Source: Patescibacteria group bacterium (lineage in GTDB: Bacteria; Patescibacteriota; Patescibacteriia; UBA9570). From it: a DNA stretch of 64,000 nucleotides. The stretch covers positions 113,909-177,908 of the forward strand of contig JBAZWO010000001.1 in the NCBI GenBank assembly GCA_041660305.1, written 5' to 3'. Both the position numbers and the translations under genes were made by a program. This document shows positions 36,158-46,994 of this stretch, piece after piece. The first letter of the stretch is position 1; each line of letters opens with the position of its first letter. Under the pieces are notes generated by a model. It saw nothing but the letters and a program-made list of their open reading frames with translations. It searched no databases and was not told the origin of the DNA.

Positions 36158-37357
36158 TTATTGTTTTACCAAACGTAAAGCAATCATATCCATCGCAAAC
36201 AAAGGAGCGTCGTATTGAGCAATGCCATTGTTACTAATCCTGGCACTGGTGCGATTGGCCAAAAAAATATAAAACAATTCTTTATTGTGATTAGCTTTTA
36301 CTAAAAATCCTTGTTTTTGAGCAATCAAACAAATTAATTCTCGTGCTTCGGCCATATCACTTATATATTTAACCCGATCATTTATCGTCATAGGGTCTTC
36401 CTTATAACCATGTTCAATTAAGCAAAAACTACCGCCTGGCCTTAAAACCCGACTAACTTCTGTAAAAATGGCTGTAATTTGTTCTGGAGTAGCCAATCTG
36501 GTGTTCCTTTTGGATTTAGCATGTAAATTATCTAATAAATGGTCCTCGTAAACCTGATCCATACTATCAGCTCGATAAGGCAACGCTAAAGCATTACCTT
36601 GTACTAAACATAAATTATTTTCTCCTTGATATGGCTGAATTAGTTTTACCTGTTTGTCTTTTATTTCAACTACATGATTATGTGAACGCCGATCAAGCTT
36701 TTTACCAAATTTAGCAAACTCACGAGCTGAGTATTTCCCTAAAGAGCCAAGTAATAATAAACTTGGGGCATTGGTTTGCATGCGTAATTTTAAAATTTCT
36801 TCCGGACTAAGTAACTCTAAATAAGTAGGCTCGTTAATTCCAAAAGTAGAATTAAATGCTACTAAATGATTTTCTAAAGTTTCCTCTAAATGTGGGTATT
36901 TTTCGATCGTTTCCAATGAATCTTTTTGTATCTTTAAAATAAGCTCTTGTAATGAATAATCCCTTGACACAACTCCGGCGGATTTAGCTTCTTCTAAAAT
37001 TTCTACTAATACTGAATCGTCATGTAACACTAATTTTTTATAATCCAGTATTGCTTTGAATCGATCCGGCATTAATTCTTGTTCAACATCTTCATATGAC
37101 TCGTTACCATTAGTAATGGTACTAGCAATCTCTGCTATTGTTCCACCCGCCTTTCGTAATTCTGCAATAGCGTTTTTGCCGGCTTCACCCTGTTGTAATA
37201 ATAATCTAAAACCAAGATAAATTAATTCTGGATCTCGTCTATTTCTTAATAATTCCTCCTTAACTAGCGCAACATCACCGGTTTGAGCAACTTTAAAAAT
37301 TTCCGGCACTGGATAATTTTGTCTACTTTCAACGCGAATATCTCGTTCTGGTAACAT
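36158..37357 (-). CDS. class I SAM-dependent methyltransferase with N-terminal helical domain
   Basis: VLRPGGSFCLIEHG, the Methyltransf_11-type motif. Confidence 0.5.
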   Translation of the reverse strand: MLPERDIRVESRQNYPVPEIFKVAQTGDVALVKEELLRNRRDPELIYLGFRLLLQQGEAGKNAIAELRKAGGTIAEIASTITNGNESYEDVEQELMPDRFKAILDYKKLVLHDDSVLVEILEEAKSAGVVSRDYSLQELILKIQKDSLETIEKYPHLEETLENHLVAFNSTFGINEPTYLELLSPEEILKLRMQTNAPSLLLLGSLGKYSAREFAKFGKKLDRRSHNHVVEIKDKQVKLIQPYQGENNLCLVQGNALALPYRADSMDQVYEDHLLDNLHAKSKRNTRLATPEQITAIFTEVSRVLRPGGSFCLIEHGYKEDPMTINDRVKYISDMAEARELICLIAQKQGFLVKANHNKELFYIFLANRTSARISNNGIAQYDAPLFAMDMIALRLVKQ

Positions 37358-37390
37358 ATTCTTTTAAGGATTTTAGCAAAATGTAAAGCA

Positions 37391-38503
37391 TTATTCAAGA
37401 GCAAAAATAATTTCAGCCAAAAGCCGGGCGGCATTGGGTTTAACCAATGATTTTATGTTCTGGCTCAGTTGTTGTTGTAAAACTGTATTATTTAGTAAAT
37501 TTTGAATAGTTTTTGTTAATAATTGCGCTGTTAATCCTGCTTGAGACAGAATAATTGCCACTTGGCGTTTCTTTAAATACTCCGCATTATATTCCTGATG
37601 CGAATGGGGAATGGGGATAATAATAGCCGGCTTGCCTAAAAGCGCTAATTCGGAAATAGTGCCTAAGCCGGCTCGGGCTACTACTATATCGGCTTTATGT
37701 AAAGCCTCGGCATATTCACTGGTTAATAATTCAAACGCATGATAACGAGTGTGTTGAATATTCGGATGTGTTTTATTTTTGCCAGTAACGTGAATGACGT
37801 TCGCTATATCACACAAGTCTGCACTGACTAAATCGTTAATGGCTTGCGCGCCGGTACCGCCGCCGACGATAAATACTGTTGGATAATTTTGATCTAATTT
37901 AAAATAATTAGTAGTAGGAGTTAAATCGCGCACCGGATTGCCAATCCACTCGGCGCCGCGCAATGAAATATCATTAAAAGCTTTGGTAAGCGCCATAGCA
38001 AATGGAGCGGTTAAACGAGTAGTTAAGCTAACCTGTAAATCTTGCTGGTGCACTACTATTTTTACCCCGCAACACCAGCCGGCCCACACCACTGGTGGAG
38101 CAATAAAACTACCAGCTGATATAATTACTTGCGGCTTATATTTTAAAATTAAATATAACGCTTTAAAAAAAGCTAATTTAATAAAGATAATATCAATAAA
38201 ATTGCGCCAAGAAAAATAGCGCCTAAATTTGCCAGCCGGAACGGTTAAATAAGTAAAACGCTCCCCTACCAACATGCGCTCTACACCGGTTTTAGTGCCG
38301 ACAAAATAAATTTTAGCATCAACTAAATGCTCGGCCACGGCCAACAACGGCATTACTGATCCGGCGGTACCACCGCCTACTAAAAAAATACCTACCTCAT
38401 CCCCAACCCTTCTCCTCAAAGGAGAAGGGAGAATTAGCTTTTCATTATTCCCCCTCTCCTCAGAGGAGAGGGGGCTAGGGGGTGAGGTAGGACAAGTTTT
38501 CAT
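37391..38503 (-). CDS. murG: undecaprenyldiphospho-muramoylpentapeptide beta-N-acetylglucosaminyltransferase
   Basis: IFLVGGGTAGSVMPLLAVAEHL, GT28 fold. The N-terminal 40 codons derive from the family A repeat at 38393-38498. Confidence 0.75.
   Translation of the reverse strand: MKTCPTSPPSPLSSEERGNNEKLILPSPLRRRVGDEVGIFLVGGGTAGSVMPLLAVAEHLVDAKIYFVGTKTGVERMLVGERFTYLTVPAGKFRRYFSWRNFIDIIFIKLAFFKALYLILKYKPQVIISAGSFIAPPVVWAGWCCGVKIVVHQQDLQVSLTTRLTAPFAMALTKAFNDISLRGAEWIGNPVRDLTPTTNYFKLDQNYPTVFIVGGGTGAQAINDLVSADLCDIANVIHVTGKNKTHPNIQHTRYHAFELLTSEYAEALHKADIVVARAGLGTISELALLGKPAIIIPIPHSHQEYNAEYLKKRQVAIILSQAGLTAQLLTKTIQNLLNNTVLQQQLSQNIKSLVKPNAARLLAEIIFALE
38393..38498. repeat. family A repeat overlapping murG 5' end
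   Basis: cccttctcctcaaaggagaaggg ... ccccctctcctcagaggagaggggg. Confidence 0.75.
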
Positions 38504-39654
38504 TCCGTTTGCCGTGAAATATTAATTAAAATACCAATAGCCCCTAACAAAGTAATTAACGAGGTGCTACCATAACTGATTAATGGTAAAGGAATGCCAG
38601 TTAATGGCAATAAACCAATCATGGCCATAATATTTACAAACGCCTGAAACGTAATCCAAGTAGTAATTCCACCAGCTAACACTTTACCAAAAATATCCGG
38701 TATTGTTCGCGTAATTTTAAAACCTTGCCACATAATTGCACTGTATAACACCACTAAACCAGCCGTTACAATAAAACCCATTTCTTCAGCAATAACAGCA
38801 AAAATAGAATCAGCCGCTGATTCTGGTAATAAATTCCATTTTTGGCGCGATTGACTATAACCTAACCCTAATAACCCACCAGAACCAACTGCTAATAATG
38901 ATTGGCTGACCTGGTACCCAGCCCCTTGTTTATCAGATTCAAGATTTAAAAAAATAGTAATGCGATCACGTCGATAAGCAAATTGATTTGGCATAACTAC
39001 CGGCAATACCCCAACCATTAGTGTAAATATTATTAAACCTAAGCCACTAATGATTAACATGTGTTTCCATGGTACTTTAGCAATAAAATACCCAGTTAAC
39101 GCAATTATACTAATTACTACCATAGTACCTAAGTCACTTTGAATTATAGCCACTAATATCGCTACTACAGTTAACATAATTAAAAACGGCAATAACCCAG
39201 TTAATGTATGTAATTCATCTTTTTTAGATTCTAACCACGCACCTAAATAGATTAAAAAAGTTAGTTTTATCAATTCGGATGGTTGTAAAATAATACCGCC
39301 AATATTTAACCAACGACGCGCTCCTAGCCACTCCTGCCCAATATGTGATTCTAATACCAATAACGCTAAAATAAGGGAAATCACTAATAACAGTACAGCG
39401 TATTTTTTCCAAATATGATAATCTACCATTGATAATAACCAACAAACCGGCAAACCAATGAGTACGCCATACAACAACTGGTGTGATAAATAATAATATG
39501 GTGTACCTTTATTTTGTAAACTTTCTACAATACTGGCTGATGATAACATTACTAAACCAAACACCAATAATACTATAATTAAACCAACTAAGTTAATATT
39601 TGGTTCATGCCAACTAGATTGTTTACCAGATCTTTTTCGTAACGTTCGCCGCAT
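38500..39654 (-). CDS. ftsW: SEDS-family peptidoglycan glycosyltransferase (FtsW/RodA)
   Basis: Ten-TM protein with a conserved C-terminal LPLTGIPLPLISYGSTSL region. Confidence 0.75.
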   Translation of the reverse strand: MRRTLRKRSGKQSSWHEPNINLVGLIIVLLVFGLVMLSSASIVESLQNKGTPYYYLSHQLLYGVLIGLPVCWLLSMVDYHIWKKYAVLLLVISLILALLVLESHIGQEWLGARRWLNIGGIILQPSELIKLTFLIYLGAWLESKKDELHTLTGLLPFLIMLTVVAILVAIIQSDLGTMVVISIIALTGYFIAKVPWKHMLIISGLGLIIFTLMVGVLPVVMPNQFAYRRDRITIFLNLESDKQGAGYQVSQSLLAVGSGGLLGLGYSQSRQKWNLLPESAADSIFAVIAEEMGFIVTAGLVVLYSAIMWQGFKITRTIPDIFGKVLAGGITTWITFQAFVNIMAMIGLLPLTGIPLPLISYGSTSLITLLGAIGILINISRQTE

Positions 39655-39660
39655 AGTATA

Positions 39661-41454
39661 TTATCGTTTTAATATAGCCATATAAGCTTCCCGTGGAATA
39701 TCTACTTTGCCAATGGATTTCATTTTGGCTTTGCCTTTTTTCTGTTTTTCAAGCACTTTGCGTTTGCGTGATAAATCGCCACCATACAAGCCGGCGGTAA
39801 CATCTTTACGCATGGCAGCTATTCGTTCCGAGGCAATAATTTTTCCACCAATGGCGGCTTGAATTTTTACTTCAAACATCTGGCGCGGTAAAATTGGTTT
39901 TAAATCACTCACAATGGTACGGCCTAACCGCTGGGCTTCAGCTTCATACACAATCGAGGCTAAGGCTTCTACTGGATCACTGGCTACTAAGATATCTAAC
40001 CGCCGCACTTCACACTGTTGATATCCTTTAAATTCATAATTTAACGAAGCGTAGCCGGATGACACATTTTTTAATTTATCATAAAAATCCACTACAATAC
40101 CGGCTAGCGGCACGCGGTAATGAATCATCACGCGCTCGGTTTCCAAATATTCCAGCGAATTCGTAAGTGCCTCTCCATGTCGATCTTGTAATAATTTAAT
40201 AATGTCTCCAATATATTTAGTTGGGGTAATAATATCCACTTGCATCACCGGTTCTTCAATCAAACTAATCATGGTAGGATCCGGCAACTCTAATGGTGAA
40301 GAAATTATTTTTACGTTACCGTTATTTAACGTTACTCGATAAGCTACCGATGGCGCGGTAACAATTAATGCTAAACGATATTCACGGGTTAGGCGTTCCT
40401 GTACCACATCTAAATGTAGTAACCCTAAAAAGCCACAGCGAAACCCAAAGCCTAAAGCACCAGAACGTTCTGGCTCGTACGTTAATGCAGCATCATTTAA
40501 TTTTAATTTACCAAGCGCCTCTCGTAAATTTGGATAATCATCACCTTCTCTACAAAACAACCCAGCAAATACCATTGGTTTCACTTCGGTGTAACCGGCT
40601 AAGGCTGTAGCCGCCGGTTGATGTGTTAAGGTAACCGTATCGCCCACTTTACAATCGCTTACCTCTTTAAAACCGGTAACAATATAACCAATGTCTCCAG
40701 CCATTAATTGTGTCTGGGCTTTTAATGGTGGTGTAAAATAGCCAACTTCTAACGCTTCAGTAGCTTTATGCGTAGCCATAAAAGTAAGCTTATCACCCCG
40801 CTTAATTTCTCCCTGTAATACTCGCACATAAGCAATTACCCCTCTATAATCATCAAACTTGGAATCAAAAATTAACGCCTGTAATTGTTCTGGCTTAGCC
40901 GTAGGCGGTTGAATTCTTTCTACAATGGCTTCTAATAACGCCGACACATTGGCTCCGGTTTTAGCGGATACCGCGATAATTTCTTCTTCTTTACTACCTA
41001 AAATGTTTTTTATTTCTTGAGTAACCAGCGGCACATTAGCGGCCGGTAGATCAATCTTATTAATCACCGGAATAATTTCCAAATTTTGTTCAATTGCTAA
41101 ATAAAGATTAGCTAATGTTTGAGCCTCCACGCCTTGCGTAGCATCCACCACTAAAATAGCTCCTTCACAGCAAGCTAACGACCGTGATACCTCATATGTA
41201 AAATCCACATGCCCAGGCGTATCAATTAAATTTAGGACATATTCTTCACCCTGATACGTATAATTCATGCGCACCGGCTGTAACTTAATCGTAATGCCGC
41301 GTTCGCGTTCCAAATCCATGGAATCCAATAACTGGGCTTTCATATCGCGTTTACTAACGGTATTAGTAATTTCTAATAACCGATCAGCCAAGGTACTTTT
41401 ACCATGGTCGATATGCGCAATGATACAAAAATTCCGGATCTTAGCCAGTTCCAT
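39661..41454 (-). CDS. lepA: elongation factor 4
   Basis: MELAKIRNFCIIAHIDHGKSTLADRLLE. The ORF track's 38-aa N-terminal extension is probably not translated. Confidence 0.85.
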   Translation of the reverse strand: MELAKIRNFCIIAHIDHGKSTLADRLLEITNTVSKRDMKAQLLDSMDLERERGITIKLQPVRMNYTYQGEEYVLNLIDTPGHVDFTYEVSRSLACCEGAILVVDATQGVEAQTLANLYLAIEQNLEIIPVINKIDLPAANVPLVTQEIKNILGSKEEEIIAVSAKTGANVSALLEAIVERIQPPTAKPEQLQALIFDSKFDDYRGVIAYVRVLQGEIKRGDKLTFMATHKATEALEVGYFTPPLKAQTQLMAGDIGYIVTGFKEVSDCKVGDTVTLTHQPAATALAGYTEVKPMVFAGLFCREGDDYPNLREALGKLKLNDAALTYEPERSGALGFGFRCGFLGLLHLDVVQERLTREYRLALIVTAPSVAYRVTLNNGNVKIISSPLELPDPTMISLIEEPVMQVDIITPTKYIGDIIKLLQDRHGEALTNSLEYLETERVMIHYRVPLAGIVVDFYDKLKNVSSGYASLNYEFKGYQQCEVRRLDILVASDPVEALASIVYEAEAQRLGRTIVSDLKPILPRQMFEVKIQAAIGGKIIASERIAAMRKDVTAGLYGGDLSRKRKVLEKQKKGKAKMKSIGKVDIPREAYMAILKR

Positions 41455-41494
41455 AATGCTGTGTACTATACTAAAAAAAGGCCAAGAAGTACAG

Positions 41495-43093
41495 CTATCG
41501 TTGTATTGTATGACCCAAAAACGTAAACGGATAATCCATGATGCCGATATAATAAGCTTGATTATCACTTAAAGCACGCTGTTCTAATAGTAAACGAGTT
41601 GGTTTTACTGTATTTGGTAATTGATCGAACACTAAAATAACATATTTAATAGATTTGGCTACAGCAACTGTATTAGTATTAGCCCTGATTAATTGATTAT
41701 GCTGGGCTGATAAATAATCTAAGTAATTAGGTGAAAATTGCATTATTTGATAATCAGGCAACACCGCGCTTAATTCGCGAAACGGTTCATCATTTCTAAT
41801 ATTATTACCATAAAGCACATCGCGCCCAGTAATTACTAGGGTAGCTTCGGCTGGATATTGTTCAATTAATATTTTTAAATTTTGCATCCGTTGCTCACTC
41901 GCCTTAATGTTAGAAATATTAGCTTCAGCTAAAGCTGGGGCAAATTTCACTAAACGCTGTAATATTAAATCGATGCGCCGTTGTGGACGGTAATTAGGAT
42001 GCGCATAACTAGGCGTAAAAATTAAAAACACGCTAGCGTGGGCTACTAACCAAACTACTAATAACAAAATACTAAATACTTTCTTATTTAATGAACCACT
42101 ACGATACCAAACGTAATAACACCATTCTATCCCCCGCCCAGCCAATACATAGCCAATTGGCATTAACAATAACGCGTAACCAGTCTGACCAAAATGTATC
42201 AAGCTATAAACCAACGTAGCTAAGCCACCCCAAGCTAACCCCCACCACCAATAAAACCTTTCTCCTACGTAACGATGTTTCCAAACAGTGATGCCTATTG
42301 GTATTAATAACCAGTTCCAACTAACTAAAGTAGTAACTAAAAAATGTTTAAATAAATTTACTGTAAACCAACTAGAGGTACCGGCGTAACCGTATTGCGA
42401 CCAAGATATTTTAAAATATTCTAGCCAACCACTTACGCCTAATAACGGAATAAACCAAATTAGCACACTGCCTATTAATAAACCTGCGCTGATTAAAATA
42501 ATGCGCCATTGTTTTAAATAAATCCATTGTAATACCAATAACGGTAGCAATAACACCAAAGTCGACGGCCGAAAACCACTGCCTAGCCCTAATGTAATAG
42601 CGCTAATATATAACCAACGATTACGTTCTGTTACTACTTTACTGTGCGCAAATAAGTAGGTAAATAATGCTAAGCCAATACCTAAAGCTAAATCTATCGG
42701 ATACGTAGAACCATCCGCTCGATAAAACCAAGTTAATGGATTAACTAACAACGCTATAGTTAAAACAGTAGCTAACCACCGCTGCCGCCAAATTAACCAA
42801 ACTAGTATATAAAATGCTAGGCTGGCTACCAACACAAAAATATTCGTAATTAATAACAAACTAGTGTGCCCTGAAAAAATATTGGCTAATAATTTTCCAG
42901 TTAATTCATATAACGGATAGCCTGGTGGATGTGGCTGATGCATAGCTACTGAAAAATGCTCCACTCCTAAAGTATACTGAGCCGCATCCCAACTAATAGG
43001 ATAACGCGTTATTACCGGTACTGTGGTTAATAACCACAAACCAATAATTAATAGCATATAACGATAATGTGTTTTTAATTTAGTACTCGCCAT
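41495..43093 (-). CDS. GT-C fold membrane glycosyltransferase-like protein (PMT/ArnT/DUF2723-like)
   Basis: Polytopic with many Trp/Tyr-rich TM helices, an N-terminal periplasmic loop containing HPPGYP, and a large C-terminal soluble domain. Confidence 0.45.
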   Translation of the reverse strand: MASTKLKTHYRYMLLIIGLWLLTTVPVITRYPISWDAAQYTLGVEHFSVAMHQPHPPGYPLYELTGKLLANIFSGHTSLLLITNIFVLVASLAFYILVWLIWRQRWLATVLTIALLVNPLTWFYRADGSTYPIDLALGIGLALFTYLFAHSKVVTERNRWLYISAITLGLGSGFRPSTLVLLLPLLVLQWIYLKQWRIILISAGLLIGSVLIWFIPLLGVSGWLEYFKISWSQYGYAGTSSWFTVNLFKHFLVTTLVSWNWLLIPIGITVWKHRYVGERFYWWWGLAWGGLATLVYSLIHFGQTGYALLLMPIGYVLAGRGIEWCYYVWYRSGSLNKKVFSILLLVVWLVAHASVFLIFTPSYAHPNYRPQRRIDLILQRLVKFAPALAEANISNIKASEQRMQNLKILIEQYPAEATLVITGRDVLYGNNIRNDEPFRELSAVLPDYQIMQFSPNYLDYLSAQHNQLIRANTNTVAVAKSIKYVILVFDQLPNTVKPTRLLLEQRALSDNQAYYIGIMDYPFTFLGHTIQR

Positions 43094-44661
43094 ATTTTTT
43101 TAACATACACCTTTATTAAATCTGCCTCCTCAAATTTATAATACATCGCCAAGGTCACATAAATAAAGCCCCCAGCCGCCAAACTAGTTGTAGTTTGTAT
43201 GAACAGACCTAATGTAGTATGCATGTCCACATAAGGCGCTACCAAATAACGAATGCCATGGATCACTAAACCCATGGCGCTACTGGCCGCTACAATTTTT
43301 GCAATTGAACTAATAATCCGTTTATCATCTAAATCTCCATATTTTACCCGTAAAATACATAATAATATTAGCATCGCGATAATATTAGAAATACTGTAAG
43401 CCAAGGCAATCCCATATAAGCCTAATGTAGTACCTGATAATATCCAAGCTAAGCTCACATTAAGCACTAACTGTGCCATACTAACATACACCGGAGTTTT
43501 GGTATTATGGTGAGCAAAAAACACCCGCGTCATTAATGGTATGGTAGCTTGTGCAAATAACGACAAAGAAAATACCCCTAAAATTTGAGCCGTAATAATA
43601 GTGTCTTGCCAACTAAATAACGTTTTGCCTAATGAAGCAAATAATAATCGCACTAATTGCGCGCGCAATAATAACATTACGATACTTAATGGAATAATTA
43701 CAAATAATATTCTGCGAATATTATTTGAAAACAACTCTTTAAATTTAGCAAAATCATTATCGGCCAAGGCCTGAGAAAATACCGGAAAAGATGATAAAGC
43801 CAAAGACACACCAATTACGTTAATTGGCACGTTGAATAAATTATCAGCATACGTCCAGTTAGTAAGATAGTTAGTATTAAAACCAAGCACAAATATAGAT
43901 AAGACAAAACTAGTTAACTGCATAATGCCTAACGATAACGCTCGCGGCGGCATTAACTGAAATATTTTTTTTACCCCAGTCACATTTAAACAAAAAATCC
44001 ATTGATAACGATAACCGCTATGCCACGCGGCTACCCATTGCGCCACACAATGAAAAAACGCGCCCAATACTACTCCATAAGCTAGACCCATTAAACCAAA
44101 GCGTGGATAGAAACCAATGGCTCCTATAATAATGCCAATGTTATATAAAATTGGTGCTAAAGAATAAGCTAAAAACCGGCGCATGGCATTTAACATACCG
44201 GCCATCACATTACTAACCGTAAAAAACCATACACAAACCAACATAACCCGTAACATTTGTGCGGTAAGTATTTGCTGCTCCGGATGAGTCCGCATTAATA
44301 ATTTAGAAATTTGTGGCGCTAATAACAAACCGAAACCAATACCAATAGTTACTACTACTAACAAAATATTTAAGACACTATTAGCTAACGTAAACGCGGT
44401 AGTAGTATCGTGTTTCTTTTTCACTGCAATAAACACCGGAATAAACGAAGCTGATAACGCTCCCAACACTACGATATTAAAAATTAAATCCGGAATTTTA
44501 AAGGCTGCCAAATACACCCCTAGCTCACTAGACGGAACATATTTAACCATTAAATTATCCCGCAATAAACCCAATGCCCGTGAAACAATGGAAGCGGCAC
44601 CAATAATTACAGCCGCCCCTGTAACACTCCCTGATAATCGTTGCCACCAGGAATAAAGCAT
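43075..44661 (-). CDS. murJ: lipid II flippase
   Basis: GLLRDNLMVKYVPSSELGVYLAAFKIPDLIFNIVV N-terminal signature. Fourteen TM helices. Confidence 0.8.
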   Translation of the reverse strand: MLYSWWQRLSGSVTGAAVIIGAASIVSRALGLLRDNLMVKYVPSSELGVYLAAFKIPDLIFNIVVLGALSASFIPVFIAVKKKHDTTTAFTLANSVLNILLVVVTIGIGFGLLLAPQISKLLMRTHPEQQILTAQMLRVMLVCVWFFTVSNVMAGMLNAMRRFLAYSLAPILYNIGIIIGAIGFYPRFGLMGLAYGVVLGAFFHCVAQWVAAWHSGYRYQWIFCLNVTGVKKIFQLMPPRALSLGIMQLTSFVLSIFVLGFNTNYLTNWTYADNLFNVPINVIGVSLALSSFPVFSQALADNDFAKFKELFSNNIRRILFVIIPLSIVMLLLRAQLVRLLFASLGKTLFSWQDTIITAQILGVFSLSLFAQATIPLMTRVFFAHHNTKTPVYVSMAQLVLNVSLAWILSGTTLGLYGIALAYSISNIIAMLILLCILRVKYGDLDDKRIISSIAKIVAASSAMGLVIHGIRYLVAPYVDMHTTLGLFIQTTTSLAAGGFIYVTLAMYYKFEEADLIKVYVKKIWRVLN

Positions 44662-44666
44662 GTAAT

Positions 44667-46994
44667 TTACTTGGCTAACACTAAACCAGCTAACAAATCC
44701 GCATTTAGCGCGCCTGAAAATAACTCATGATGATTCACCTGTTCGGTAATAACGGTATTAGGATAAGACCACATTACCGTTAAATCCTGCGGATACGTTA
44801 CTTCGGAAATAATCGTATCAGCGGCTGCACCTGGTTGTTTCTGAAATAAAATACTATAGCGATCAGATTGTTTTAATAAACCAGCTAAATTTAATTTAAA
44901 TGGCAAGCGATACTGCAATACTACTCGCGCCGTTTCTCCTGGCCTAACTTCCACCCAATTACCAAATACCGTTTTATTAAATTCATCATTAGTACGTACC
45001 CCAGTAGTTTCATCAATTGAAACCGTACCAGACACAGCTTGCAGATCTCTATCTACCTCCGCTCCAAGCGGTGGATCTAATTCCAATTTTGGATCTGGTC
45101 GACTAAAACCGCTAGTGGCTAATAATTTACTACCTTGTGGTGTATAAACTCGTAAATAACTTAGATTATTTTGATTCACTAACGGCTCATCGGATTTTCC
45201 ATAATGTGTGCGCGTGATAGTTACTGTATCGATTATACTGCCATCTTCAGCAATGTTAGCTTGGTGTTGAATAGTTTGCTGCACAGCCTGATTAGTTTTT
45301 CCACCGGCAATATTAGTATCCACTACTTGCAAATAATCTTGCTCGGTATTTTGGATGGCTCCAGCCCAACCACGAGCGACAATATCTTGCTGAATAAAAT
45401 TGTTATTAAAATACAGTAAAATATTTTTTTCATTCAAGGAATTATATAATAACTGTAATACCGGTACATAATCTTTAGTATCTAAGCTAAATAGTTTATC
45501 TAATAATTTTGGCGTTAAATCACCAATTATTTTTTTTGATTCTCTAGTAACTTCATATTTTTGTTCAGCTAATTCCTGTGTTACTTGATAAAAATTATTT
45601 TGATCAATCACTACACCGTAAGGATCGGTCATATCAATCGGACCAGTTACTGCTAACATTTGTTCTACTACATCTGGCGTTAAACCAATTACTCCATCTA
45701 CTGTGGTGCCACCACTGTTACTATAAAACCATTCCACTTTTTTAAACGACGTGGGACAATCTGCCCACCAGTTAGCATCTTGCATTTGCCATAATGGATT
45801 CACTCGATGTAACGGCTGGGGTGAAATTAAAGCCTGATTAAAATTACCTAATAAATCATAGGTACCGCCGCCAGGAATATCCATTTTGGTAACCCGCCCT
45901 TTATTAATATCCACTTGAGCAAAACTACCAATAAACCCACCACAAGCTCGCAATTCACGATTATTCAAAAATAACACCAAATAGCGTTTATTTTCCTGAG
46001 CGCCTAGCAATGTGATGAGTGTATCGCTTAATGACAATAATTGTTTAACATTGCTAGTAACACTAGGTAAACTAGTTTGTGCTGTAGTGACTGTGGCTTG
46101 ATATTCACTAGGTAATTCATTTACCTGTACCTTTTGTAATTCAGTATTAGCTTGTTCTAATTCTGGCACCGTAGATCGTAAACTAGTATGTACCGCTACT
46201 AACAAATCGGTTAAAGCTGGCTGATTAATTTGTGCCGTGGTTGATGTAGTGTTTTGTTTAAAATCAGCTAACAACTTAAAAGCTTGTGTAACCGCTCCAC
46301 CGGCCACTGATAAATGTTCACCAGCACTAAGCAAAGCTGTAGCATTAGTTACCTGAGATTTTGTTCCTGGTAAATTTTGAGCAATAGTTAACACGCCCGG
46401 AGCGATGGTAGTTAATTCTGTTTGAGCAGTTTTAAAATCACCTGATGCAGCCGAAAAAGATTGTTCAGCGGTGCTAAAATCTTGCTGAGTAACAGATTCT
46501 TTACCTTGTTTTAATTTATCTAATGCTTGCCCCACCAACGTTAGTACGCTATTACGCACCGTATTAATCCGCTGATACATGGCTATAGCACTAAAAGGCA
46601 ATATTAAAATAAGCACAACCACAGCAAAGGTAAATAATGGCCGCAACCTGATATGACTAGTACGCCGAGGCTTTACTTTAATTTTAGCCTGTTCAGGTAC
46701 AGGCTGAGCTGGCAAGGCTGGTGCTAATTTAATAGTTTTAACTGATTTAGTTGTTTTACTTTTATACCAAGTTAACCAGGGTCGTTTTTTATTTACGGAT
46801 TTATTAATTTTATTATTAATTTTAGTTTTATTACTATTAACCTGGCCGTTAACATGATTATGAATATTGTTAGACACGGTTTTTTTTGCACCACGCAAAT
46901 CCACTACGTTAGTTTTAGGCACTCCTAACGTGCGCGCTTTATCGATATGAGTGTGTAAGGCTTTGGGTTTAAGATTGGGTGAAAATTGACTCAT
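44667..46994 (-). CDS. large membrane-anchored extracytoplasmic protein (possibly DUF4012-like)
   Basis: Lys-rich cytoplasmic N-terminus, single TM (FAVVVLILILPFSAIAMY) and a 600-aa extracellular region. Confidence 0.4.
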   Translation of the reverse strand: MSQFSPNLKPKALHTHIDKARTLGVPKTNVVDLRGAKKTVSNNIHNHVNGQVNSNKTKINNKINKSVNKKRPWLTWYKSKTTKSVKTIKLAPALPAQPVPEQAKIKVKPRRTSHIRLRPLFTFAVVVLILILPFSAIAMYQRINTVRNSVLTLVGQALDKLKQGKESVTQQDFSTAEQSFSAASGDFKTAQTELTTIAPGVLTIAQNLPGTKSQVTNATALLSAGEHLSVAGGAVTQAFKLLADFKQNTTSTTAQINQPALTDLLVAVHTSLRSTVPELEQANTELQKVQVNELPSEYQATVTTAQTSLPSVTSNVKQLLSLSDTLITLLGAQENKRYLVLFLNNRELRACGGFIGSFAQVDINKGRVTKMDIPGGGTYDLLGNFNQALISPQPLHRVNPLWQMQDANWWADCPTSFKKVEWFYSNSGGTTVDGVIGLTPDVVEQMLAVTGPIDMTDPYGVVIDQNNFYQVTQELAEQKYEVTRESKKIIGDLTPKLLDKLFSLDTKDYVPVLQLLYNSLNEKNILLYFNNNFIQQDIVARGWAGAIQNTEQDYLQVVDTNIAGGKTNQAVQQTIQHQANIAEDGSIIDTVTITRTHYGKSDEPLVNQNNLSYLRVYTPQGSKLLATSGFSRPDPKLELDPPLGAEVDRDLQAVSGTVSIDETTGVRTNDEFNKTVFGNWVEVRPGETARVVLQYRLPFKLNLAGLLKQSDRYSILFQKQPGAAADTIISEVTYPQDLTVMWSYPNTVITEQVNHHELFSGALNADLLAGLVLAK

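Noticed and set aside
39661-41568. 38-aa N-terminal extension of lepA (MIIKLIISASWIIRL...) and the lgt start at 17250
   Set aside because: The extension is a hydrophobic, non-conserved-looking peptide ahead of the universally conserved LepA N-terminus MELAKIRNF. The lgt ATG sits inside a repeat terminal inverted repeat. Internal starts at 41454 and about 17235 are more plausible.
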